A stretch of DNA of 35,076 bases, from assembly GCF_000281045.1 (NCBI RefSeq), contig NW_008246068.1, positions 1,582,981 through 1,618,056 on the forward strand, written 5' to 3'. The stretch is from Saprolegnia diclina VS20 (taxonomy: Eukaryota). Positions 10,035 through 20,019 of the stretch are shown piece after piece; the stretch's first letter is position 1, and each line of letters opens with the position of its first letter. The notes beneath the pieces were generated by a model, which saw only the letters and a list, made by a program, of their open reading frames with translations, did not search any database and had not been told where the DNA came from. A program made the position numbers and the translations under genes.

Positions 10035-12883
10035 ATGTACCAGCAGATGAAGGACGGTGCGAGCCCGCGCATGCGCCGTGCCATAGGACTCATGCACACT
10101 CAAAGTAGGCGGCAGCTACACCTCGACGGTGTACGGCCATATTCGCGACCAAAAGTACGACGAAGCCGTCCGCATCCTGCAGATCGAGCTGCAGAACCAC
10201 CCGTGCAGCCGCGCCGCCTTGTCGCTCCTCGGTAGCACCACAAACGTCTTCGTGTTTCTGATATGTCTATTCATGCGTAGGCTACTGCTACTACCATATG
10301 CAGAGCTTTCACAATGCCGTGTCCATGTACGAGCAGCTCTGCAAGCTCTTTCCGGACGTTGAAGACTACCACCTCTACTATGCCCAGTCGCTCTACAAGG
10401 CAAGCTCTACAGCTCGTGACGCTGCATCGTCATCTTCTCGATGCTGTGTAGGCGGGCCAGTACGATGCGGCGTCGCGCAAGGCCAGCCAGTTGGAAAGTG
10501 AGCAGTACTCCCACCGCGTACCTACATTGCCGCCGATGAATACAATGCATCAGACACGACGTAGGTGGCGCTGCTGCGGTCGGCCATCTACTATGAGCAA
10601 AACGACATCAAGGCGACGCAGTCGATTCTCGACCAGTGTCTCCGCGACGATCCGACCACGGTAGCCATTGTGCGTTCGAATCCCAAAATGTAAGAATCGT
10701 AGGTGGTGTTTGACGGTGCGATCGAGTACAAAGAAGGACGCTTTGAAGAAGCCAAGAAGAAATTCAATGACGCCATGAACGTCTTGGGGTATATACGTCT
10801 TTGCGGCGAGCCAAGGCGTGACGCCGCGACGTAGCTACCAGTCGGATCTGTGCTACAACATTGCACTCTGCTACTTTCGCCTCAAGCAGTATGGCAACGC
10901 GATGCGCCAAATCGCTGAAATTATCGAAAAAGGCGTACGCTGCCCGGGTTCGAAGTGGCGATTTCACATCTCGTAGGTGCGCGATCACCCCGAGTTGAGC
11001 GTCGGCAGCAAGAGTGAGAGCAACACGGACGTCAAGAGTGTTCGCAACTCGACAGTGCTGCGCGAGGTCGAATACCTAATCGACTTGACGACTAGAAAAG
11101 CATCTAACAATGTATAGACGGCGCTTGTGGAGGCGTTCAACCTCAAGGCTGCGATCGAGTACGACATGAAGAACTTCAAGGTACTCTCAATGACTTGTAC
11201 AATTCGCTTGAATGAACTAGGGCTCACGCGACGCCCTCCTCGACATGCCGCCGCGGGCCGAAGAGGAGCTCGACTCGGTACGCTCTTCCGTTTAAAACGG
11301 CAAAAGGTGCTCAGACGCAACAGGTGTCGTTGCACAACTTTGCTCTTATGAACATGGACGTGGACCCGAACGGCGGCTTCAAGAAGCTCAATTTTCTTTT
11401 GCAAAACCCTCCGTTTCCCGTCGAGACGTTCTCCAACCTCTTGGTACAGCTCAACAGGGTCCAGACTGTGTACGATTGGCTGTGGTAGATCCTCTACATG
11501 AAGCACGGGTTCCACGACCTCATGGCCGACGTGCTCGCCGAGAACACGCACTTGACGTTCCAACTGCTCTCAAAAGACTTTTTCGAGTTTGTGGATGCGA
11601 GCGTCACGGTATATTTTCGATTTCAACAAATTACAAATTGTGGGAATAGCTCCAAACGTCCCCCGAAGAGGCGTACCGCAAGTACGACGATTTGGCGACC
11701 AAGCACGTCGAGATACTGCGCAAGCTCACGCAAAAGATCCAAGCCGCCCGCATCGCGCAGTCCAACGACGAGATCAAGGCAAGCTTGAAAGCCTACGACG
11801 ACGCGCTCGAGGACTTTATGCCGGTGCTTATGGCCCAAGGTTCGATCCTCGCCCCTTGCACGTATTTTCTCACAGCAAGTCGCAGCCAACATTTACTGGG
11901 ACCGCGGCAACTACGCCCAAGTCGAAAAGATTTTTCGGCAAACGGCCGAGTTTTGCTCCGAGCACGAAAGCTGGAAGCTCAATGTTGCCCACGTCTTCTT
12001 CCTCCAAGGCAACAAGTACGAGCAAGCGATCCAGTACTACGAGCCATTCGTCAAGAAGCACCAAGTACCACAACGAATTGTGCCCTACGATTCTCACATT
12101 TCGCGATAGGAAAACCTCCTGGAGGTGCAGGCCATCATCCTCGCCAACCTCTGCGTCTGCTACGTCATGAACACGGACAACGAAAAGGTACGCCGTAGCG
12201 CGTACGTCATCAGCTCACACTAGGGGTAGGCCGAAGAGCTCCTGCGGTCGATTGAGCGCGAAGAGGAGGAAGAGTCGGCGCGGGACCCCGAGAAGCGGCT
12301 CTTCCATCTCTGCATCGTCAACCTTGTCATCGGGACGCTCTACTGCTCCAAGAACAACTACGACTTTGGCATCTGCCGCGTCATGAAGGTACGTCTCCAC
12401 GTCCCATCCTCTAGGTCCTCTATAAATGACTAGAGCATGGAGCCGTACCATCGTAAACTGGGCACCGACACATGGTATTGACTCGAGCGTCGTCTTCTTG
12501 CCGCCAGCACTGCGCGTAGGTACTACGCCAAGCGCTGCTTCATGGGCCTGGCGCTCACGCTGGCCAAACACATGACGACGATCCGAGACTCGACCATGGC
12601 CGACATCCTCGTACGAAAATACGCGTGAGCGTGGGCTAAGAACGCGGTAGGACTTCCTGGACGCCGCCGACACTCACGGCGCCGACATTCCGACGACGAC
12701 TGGGGTCGGACCACGGGCAACGCGAACTTCGTCTTATTGTTTCTAGATGGAGGCGGCGGCTGGCAACAACGACATGGTGGCCCACACCGTGAGCTACGAG
12801 GTACCGACCCACGGCGCTGTGCTGCCTACGACTACGATTAGGCGCGCGTGCTCAAGCGCATCTTCCTCAAGCTTCGGGGATAA
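10035..12883 (+). CDS. IFT70: Intraflagellar transport protein IFT70 / TTC30 (DYF-1/fleer), ~21 exons
   Basis: The spliced translation gives TTC30 signatures 'SRAALSLLGYCYY', 'LYYAQSLYKAG', 'IIEKGVRDHPELSVG', 'ALVEAFNLKAAIEY', 'DMPPRAEEELDSVSLHN', 'PPFPVETFSNLL', 'FHLCIVNLVIGTLYCSKNNYDFGI', 'KLGTDTWYYAKRCF'. I traced about 20 short introns in frame to TAA at 12881-12883. Confidence 0.95.
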
Positions 12884-13048
12884 GCCTGTCAACGACTGCA
12901 TATATGACTCAGTACATACCATCGATCGCCAAATAAGTTCTCTTCGCAAGCTTAGAGCAGAGACGGAGATAATTCATAGGAGGTGTATTAGTTACAAGCT
13001 AAACCGAAGCGTGAAAGGTGTTCGCGTCCTCTGCCGCCTGTCTGAAGA

Positions 13049-13405
13049 CGCCGAGGGGGCCGAGCGTTTTTGAGTCCATGGATCTGTGGATCCAAGCAGA
13101 TGAAAGGCCCGATACCGCGGTTATTTCATGTCGCAAGCCATATGCTTGACGCCGCATGTCGCCCAGGGGAAAGGGGTGAGGGTAGTTGGGGAAGGTTATG
13201 AGTGCAAGGAGCCTCGCAGCGCACGGGGGAGGAGGGGAGGGTGTAGGAGGCATTTCTTGCGTGCCACTGGGCTTTCTAGGAAAGGAGGTGTTGGGCATAG
13301 TTGTGTTGGAGCTCACCAGTTGGGGCGGGGTAGAGGTTGTATCACCATTTTACATGTCTTAGATCCACAGATCCATGGACTTGAACCCCTCCGCCCCGCC
13401 GAGGG
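13049..13405. mobile_element. Non-autonomous DNA transposon (MITE), MULE- or hAT-like
   Basis: Perfect 20-bp inverted repeat AGTCCATGGATCTGTGGATC (13073-13092) / GATCCACAGATCCATGGACT (13362-13381) within imperfect ~40-bp TIRs. Flanked by the direct repeat CGCCGAGGG (13049-13057, 13397-13405). The purine-rich interior differs from its flanks. Confidence 0.7.
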
Positions 13406-13732
13406 TGTCGCCAGCCGTACTTATGCGAATATCTAAAACAACGTATACGTCCTGCAAAGTACGCTGTCCTCAAAACCGGACTTTAGTCGACTTATCGTAT
13501 TGCCACTGGCTGTAACCTGTGAGAATGCATATTTACACTTTACCGATCGACCTCTAAAGCAAATTAGCTGTGAAGGACCGCCCACAAACCCGTGATACAT
13601 GATACACCGCATTAATGGATCAAAAGCAAAGACTGTATAAGTTTTGCCACGTGGCATTGGAGTCCCTGCCCGCGGTGGCTCATCTTCCTCTTCCTCCGAC
13701 CGTAGCACCGCCCGCCCGCTCCTCGGCCCAGC

Positions 13733-16666
13733 ATGGTTGACACGTATGGACGCAGCCGGCCGCGGCAAGCCAACATCATCAACGCGCGCAGTCGGCTTCA
13801 CTCGCCTCTCTTCCGCCACGGGCGCTCGGCCACGTCCAGCAGGGCCGACGACGACGGCAACGACGACGGCAGTGCCGACGACCCGCTCGTCCGAGAGACG
13901 CCCTTGTACCGCCACAAGCAGTCCTTCTTTGGGCAGGACTTTGATGCGACCGTTGCAGCCTCGGCGCCCGTGCGGGCCAGCCCCATGGCGGTCGCCTCCG
14001 ACAGCGGCCGGCCGCCGGTCCGTGGCGGCGCTGCCCGCTCGTCGGCCGGCTCGACGTTGGACGAAGGAACGCACGGCGAGTGCCACTCGGAGAGCGCGCT
14101 CGATACCAATTGGGACGCGCCGCTCTTGACGGCCGAGAACATTGGCAGGGCATTCTCGTCCGTCTCGCGCGCCGGCAGCGCGTCGCAGCTGCGCGCCGTG
14201 AGCAGCGAAGTCTCAGACTCGCTCTCGCGCATGAAGATGCGCAAGCAAGAGATCGAGATGGCGTCGCTCGTGCACAAGGTCCAGTCGCAGCTCCGCACGA
14301 TGGAAGACGTCATTAAGGAGCTCCAGAACGAACACGCGATCAAGAACGAGATGATCAAGAAGCAGATGAACGAGACGAACCGCATTCTCGCCGAGCGCGA
14401 CCAGCTCCAAATGGAGCTCCGTAGCGCGTCCCAGAAGAGCGCGTCGCCCATCTCGAACGACATGACGCACCTCCGCAGCTCGCTCCAGTCGTTCATGCAG
14501 CAGACGGAGCAGACGCAGTTCCTCATGATGGAGCAGCTCAAGAGCATCGAGTCGAGCAAAGGGTCGCCGCAGCGCCGCCACTCGGTCGACGCGCAAAAGA
14601 TCGAAGCGTCTGTCAAGTCGGCCATGTCCGAGTTTGCCTCACTGCAGCAAAACATGATGCAAGCCCTTGCGCCGCCGACACTGCCGACACCACCGGTCGC
14701 TGACAAGCCAGTTGAGAAGTCGGTTGAGAAGTCGGTTGAGAAGCCGCGGTCGCTCCCGCCCGTCAAGACCGCGTCGTCGGCGTGGAAGACGGCTTTCTTT
14801 GCGATGATTGGCATCTGGCTCGTCACACTTGGTGTTGGCGCAGCCCAGCACTTGTACGGCCTCGACCTCGTCGCGTTTGTGGCGCAAGAGACGCGCGAAA
14901 TGCACGTCCTCGTTGAGACACTCCAGGACATCGAGACGGTGCCTGACGCCACGACGCCGACGTCGCCCACCATTGACATCGTCGCGGACGTGGTCACGGT
15001 CCAAGTCAACACGGACGGCGCCGTCGACGCGCGTGTTGAGGACGCCTTTGTCAACGTCACTTCGGCCGACGACGACGTCGATGCGACGGAAGAGGACAGC
15101 GGCATCGCCGATACGGCTACCACCAGCCATGTCGACAACGGGGTCCGTGATGTCACCAAAGACTACGAAAGCGTCGGCAACAGTGACGCCGACGCATCTG
15201 CCGTAGATGCCAAAGAAGATGTTGTTGACGTCCAGGAAGGACCCGCCAAGCAAGTCATCGTCGAAGAGATCCAGGACGTCGTCATTGAAGAGGTCACGGA
15301 CGTCGTCATTGAAGAGGTCACGGAAGCTGAAGATGCAAAGGAACGCGTTGAAGAGATCAAGCAAGAAGAGGTCGCGGACGACACCGTGGAGGAGGTCAAG
15401 GACGAGGTTGTCAAGGTCAAGGACGACGTTGTTGACGTGCCGACGACAAACGATGAAGCGATTGGCGGTGATACGAAGGAAGCCGATGACGTTGTAAGCT
15501 CGGATGCTACCGATGCCCTGGACGTCGTCAACGTCACTGCGACTGCCAACCCCGAGTCCAACGCCACAGCGCTCGTCGTCGACGCGGTACCGTTGTCGGT
15601 AGCCGTCGTTGAGGTGACCACGGACGTCTCGAGCGAGATTGTTTTGGGTGTCGAGACCGCTTCGAATGCGTCGGTCGCGATCGTCGAGGCCGTGGATGCC
15701 TCAAATGCCAACGAAGCCACCTCCGTCGACGCCGCTGATAACGCAGACGAGACCGACGGGCCAACGCCCGTCGACGTCGAAGCCTCGGTCGATATCGAGT
15801 CGAACGTTGACGACGACAGCGCACCTGAAGTTGGCGAGGCGTCTCCACTCACCAAGCACGACCAAGCCGCGGACGAGACGTCGGAGGCCTCATCTGAAAC
15901 GCCGGAAGCGTCCAAGCAAGTGCCAGAAGCCATCGTGGACGAGTCGCCGGACGCCTTTGCGCAAGAGCCGGAAGCCACGAAGGACAAAGCGCCGGAAGCC
16001 ACGAAGGACCCCACGCCCGGAGCGTCGAAGGAAGAGCCCGAAGCCACCAAGGACGAGAGCTCCGAACCCGAGCTTGTGGCGGCCAACGATGCGCCCGAAA
16101 TTGCTGCGTCGCAAGATGCGGCGCTTGTGGCCATTGTGACGCAGTTCAGCGCGTACACCAACGTCACGTCGCACGCGCTGAACACGTCGGCGGTGCCTGC
16201 CGACGTCACGACAGCAACCGACGACGCTTCCATCCAAGCCGATTCTGCGACGACTGACGCGGACGCTGACGTCGTCGACGAGCCGGCCGTCAACGCTGAC
16301 GCCGAGCCAGTTGTCATCAGCGCTGTAGACGTGGAAGAGGCGACCAAGGCGCCCGTCTCGGACAGCGCGCCTGTTGAAATTGAGCTTGAAGCCTCGGAGG
16401 ACATCGCTCCCTTCGACATGAGCGCCGCCGACGTCGTCGGCGCATCTGCGTCCGACAAAGCCACCTCGGACAACACGATCTCGGACGACACGCTCGTGGA
16501 GGACGCTGCCACGACCGTCGCCACGTCGGACGACGCACCGACGTCAAGCCAAGACGCGGGGGCCGAATCCAAGGTCGTCACCAGCGAGCTAACGTCGTCC
16601 AGCGACAAGCCCACCGTGCTCAGTGCGGCGGCCAAGGCCCTCGAGTCGCTGCTCGCGGACAAGTAG
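13733..16666 (+). CDS. Large (977 aa) intronless single-pass membrane protein: N-terminal coiled coil, TM, long acidic D/E/A/T/V-rich low-complexity C-terminus
   Basis: Long ORF with strong codon bias. Coiled coil 'LVHKVQSQLRTMEDVIKELQNE...', TM 'AFFAMIGIWLVTLGVGAA', and internal repeats (VEKS x3, DVVIEEVT x2, PEATKD x3). Confidence 0.85.
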   Translation: MVDTYGRSRPRQANIINARSRLHSPLFRHGRSATSSRADDDGNDDGSADDPLVRETPLYRHKQSFFGQDFDATVAASAPVRASPMAVASDSGRPPVRGGAARSSAGSTLDEGTHGECHSESALDTNWDAPLLTAENIGRAFSSVSRAGSASQLRAVSSEVSDSLSRMKMRKQEIEMASLVHKVQSQLRTMEDVIKELQNEHAIKNEMIKKQMNETNRILAERDQLQMELRSASQKSASPISNDMTHLRSSLQSFMQQTEQTQFLMMEQLKSIESSKGSPQRRHSVDAQKIEASVKSAMSEFASLQQNMMQALAPPTLPTPPVADKPVEKSVEKSVEKPRSLPPVKTASSAWKTAFFAMIGIWLVTLGVGAAQHLYGLDLVAFVAQETREMHVLVETLQDIETVPDATTPTSPTIDIVADVVTVQVNTDGAVDARVEDAFVNVTSADDDVDATEEDSGIADTATTSHVDNGVRDVTKDYESVGNSDADASAVDAKEDVVDVQEGPAKQVIVEEIQDVVIEEVTDVVIEEVTEAEDAKERVEEIKQEEVADDTVEEVKDEVVKVKDDVVDVPTTNDEAIGGDTKEADDVVSSDATDALDVVNVTATANPESNATALVVDAVPLSVAVVEVTTDVSSEIVLGVETASNASVAIVEAVDASNANEATSVDAADNADETDGPTPVDVEASVDIESNVDDDSAPEVGEASPLTKHDQAADETSEASSETPEASKQVPEAIVDESPDAFAQEPEATKDKAPEATKDPTPGASKEEPEATKDESSEPELVAANDAPEIAASQDAALVAIVTQFSAYTNVTSHALNTSAVPADVTTATDDASIQADSATTDADADVVDEPAVNADAEPVVISAVDVEEATKAPVSDSAPVEIELEASEDIAPFDMSAADVVGASASDKATSDNTISDDTLVEDAATTVATSDDAPTSSQDAGAESKVVTSELTSSSDKPTVLSAAAKALESLLADK

Positions 16667-16692
16667 TGTCGTCTTTCTAATTTAACGTCGCT

Positions 16693-16715
16693 TTGATACC
16701 TTGATACCTTGATAC
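16693..16715 (+). repeat. Short tandem repeat (TTGATACC)x~3 in an 80-bp intergenic spacer
   Basis: TTGATACC TTGATACC TTGATAC seen directly. Confidence 0.75.
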
Positions 16716-16745
16716 TGTATTACGGTTGTCTCACTCTATTTCGAG

Positions 16746-19700
16746 ATGTCGGCCAAGACGAGCCGCGAGTGCCGGGTGCTGGCGTCGGCCAAGGCGCTCG
16801 GACTCTCGGTCGGCGACGGCGTCTCGGCGGCCGACGCACTTCGCAGCCACAACGCGCCAAAGGACGAGGTCTTTGACAAGACTCTCTACTCGACGACGCG
16901 CATTTTTCTGCGGCAAATCGCCCGCCACAAGGCGCTGCCCAAGCACGCGCGCGGGAAAAAGGCCAACTCCGCGCCCGTCGCCTCGCTCAAGTGCATTCTC
17001 CTCGCCGACAACAACCGGCACCGGTACATTCCCTACCACCGTAACTAAGATCTAGTCGAAATGGTAGCCGCGACGCCTTGGCGCTCCAGCTCGACGGCGC
17101 CTTCAAGGTCCTCTTAGCGAGCTCGGTCCGGGACGTGCTCCAGGTCGTGCAGATGTTTACGGTGCACCTCGTCTTTGTACGTGCGGCCATCGGACGCGAC
17201 TCGGCGGCGACCATGTTGGACGCACTTCGGCACAAGGGCGTCGCGATCCCCGTCGTCGTCGGCACGTCCCGCTTTCTCGACGAAGACAACCCGGTGCGAT
17301 AATATGTCGTTGATTTTTGGCTCAGAAGCGCTAGGACATGCTTCGGGCGTGCCTGGAGCGCGGCGCCCTTGGCCATTTGGACGACAGTGTGCTGACGTCG
17401 CTCCAGCTGCGCGATCGGCTTCTCGAGCTCATCGAGGCGTTGGGCGCCGTCGACAAGGTGTCGTCTGATTCCACCCGAAGAAAAGACAACTTGTCCTCTT
17501 CTAGGAATGCCAAACGTTCAAGAACGTCGAGTCCAAAGTGGCGCGTCGTCGCTCGACGCTGGCGCTTAAGTCGGGCGCGTCAACGTCCGTGCTCTCGTCG
17601 ATCATGCAGCGCCGGGGCAGTACGCTGGTGACAGCGGCGTCGTCTGCGAACCTCCGTCGGCCCAGCGATTCCAAGCTCGAAGAGGTCGATACCAAAATCT
17701 TCGATCGCCAAATGCTCATGCAGAAGCGCGCGCAAGTCGCATCCGCACTGCAAGTCGACCACTCGGCGCTGGGGCTCACGGCGACGCCGGCTCCGTCGCC
17801 ACTGCCGGTGGATTTGCAACGGACGCCGGTGCCCAAGCCGACGCGCAACGACATCAACAAGAACGTGTACACGCACCCGCACAAAGTGGCGGCCGTCGTG
17901 CAGGCGTTCGACTACGACCGGCGGACGCGCCCCGAAAAGTCGGTCGCATGCCAAGTACGAGCCTCTTCTCGTACCTATGTTCGTATCGTACGGTACTAGG
18001 AGCCACTGCTGGAGCACTGCCTGGCGCTGGACCCAAAGACGCTGGGCGCAGCCGCCGAGAGCCGACTCAACAAAGCCTACCTCTTCTACGCGCAGGGTCG
18101 ACTGGACATGACGATCCATTGGTGCTCCAATGCACTCGCAACCGAACCGTTCAATCTCCCGAAATGGTAGACAGCGCAAGCGGCAGCATTTGAGGTATAG
18201 AGCGTGTAGGGTGCACCTGCTGCGCGGGGCTGCGCACGACAAGCTTGGCGACCACGCGCTCGCACTGCACGACTTTACCGCCGCCGTCGCCATCGACGCC
18301 AAATGCCACGAGGCCCACTTCAATGCGAGCGTCGCCTTGCTCAAGCTCGGACGTGACAAGGACGCGCTCGCGGCCATCGAGCGTGCGCAGGCGAGCGCCG
18401 AGGGCAGTTGCCCCAGCTACATGCGCAACTACGCGCTGATTCTTCGACGTCTCGGCCGGTTCGACGACGCCCGCGTCGCGTACGCGCAACTGGACCCGTC
18501 CCAGAGCGACGACGACATCGATGCGTCCCTTGACGGCCTTCTCGAGTCCCTTGGGCTCCGCGGCGGGCTCCTCGATGCGCTTTTCTGCCAGTCCAAGGTC
18601 GACAAGGCGGGGTTCTTTGCCAAATCCGGCGAGCGCTCGGACGAGATGCTCGATGCGATGGCCGCCGTCCTCCGCAGCTTTGACTTTTTTGTGCGGATGC
18701 CCGACGACGTCGTCCGCCGCGTGTGCCAAGCCGGCAACTTTACCGTCATCCGGTGCGGTGACGCGTTCGAACTCGCGGCCGCCATGCCGACTGCCTTCTA
18801 CGTCTGCGTCAGCGGCACGCTCAGCGTCCACGCCAACCTCAAGCTCAGCGCCCACGAAGCCGTCGCGACCGCGAGCACCTTGCGGCTGCACGCCGGCGCC
18901 ATTTTCGGTGCGACACCCATCCTGCTGGATATATCAACTGTGGCGTCTAGGCTGCGTCGGCTACAGCGTCTCGAACCTCATGATGTACCTTGCGGACGAG
19001 CGCACCGAGGTGCTCTACTTGGCGCCAAAGATCTTCAAAGCGACGCTCGAGCCGCAGTGGATCCTCGAACAGCACGCTCGCTTCGCCACCTTCCGCCGGT
19101 CGCCCGTCTTTCGCAGTCTCTCGGACTCGGAGCTCGGGCACATCGTGTCGCACTCGATCCTCGCCCGGTTCACCAAAGGGTCGGTCATCATCGCGCAGGG
19201 CAGCGTGCCCAAGCACCTCTACCTCCTCTACAAAGGCATCTGCCGCTTCCAACAAACCTTCGCCGACGGAACCAACGACACCTCTGAGAGCGCGCCACCG
19301 ACAACGGCACTCGCACCACCGGTGGCTCCGTTCCACCACTTGCTAGCGGACGCAAGCTGGCCACTGGGCTACACGCGTCCAGCCCCGACGCTGGCGCAGG
19401 CAACGTCCATGCCGCAGCTCGACGTGCGCCGGTCCTTGTCGCGAGCGAAACGCGCAACCAACGGCGGCGCGCTCCCGGCCATCACGTACGAGTTGTACCC
19501 ACCCGCGCTCTTTGGCGAGACGGCTTACTTGGAGGCTTCTCAAAAAGCCAAATGGTACGGCAAATATCACGTTGTGATTGAGATTGAGAATGGACTGTAG
19601 CTCGATCATTGCCAACACACTGGTGGAGGTTCTCGCCGTCGATGTGCATCAGCTCAAGTCGCTCTCGACGGCCAAGGACCTCTTGATGGCGATCGCTCGG

Positions 19701-19941
19701 TACGCACCCATGTACGTCGACGCTGCCCGCGCCGAGAAGCTCCAAGCCGACCACGACGCATGGACCGAGGTCCGGGGCAAAGAAGCTCTGTTGCTCAACA
19801 AGGCGCGCTGGCCCATTCAAAAGGTACTTCGAGTTTTGGAGAGGGCGTGACATCGCCGCGTAGAGTCGACTGCGCTTCCTGCCCAACGGCAGCTCTCTCG
19901 TCTTGCCCGACGAGTGCATCGTCACTAGCCCCAAGCGCTAA
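16746..19941 (+). CDS. Multidomain signalling protein: CheY-like (pseudo)receiver domain + TPR repeats + two cyclic-nucleotide-binding-like domains; ~9 exons
   Basis: In-frame introns 17024-17067, 17294-17334, 17458-17504 and further ones link the ORFs. TPRs: 'HLLRGAAHDKLGDHALALHDFTAAVAIDAKCHEAHFNASVALLKLG'. CNB domains: 'LRSFDFFVRMPDDVVRRVC..FYVCVSGTLSV' and 'FRRSPVFRSLSDSEL..FTKGSVIIAQGSVPKHLYLLYKG..LFGE'. Stop TAA at 19939-19941. Confidence 0.8.
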
Positions 19942-20019
19942 TCAAGTCTCAAGTGGTAGGAAGGACATGGCTCGTGAAATGCAACATGGCGCATTAATGT
20001 ACATTGTATATTCGAATGT

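Noticed and set aside
12999..13436. ORFs overlapping the MITE (105 aa minus, 102 aa plus)
   Set aside because: No transposase motifs or codon bias, and they cross the element boundaries.
13798..16662. Long antisense ORFs (453 aa, 499 aa), and similar ones at 6462-7625, 29467-30630 and 2082-3104
   Set aside because: Shadow ORFs produced by high GC3 codon bias of the true gene on the opposite strand. Their translations are compositional mirror images without motifs.
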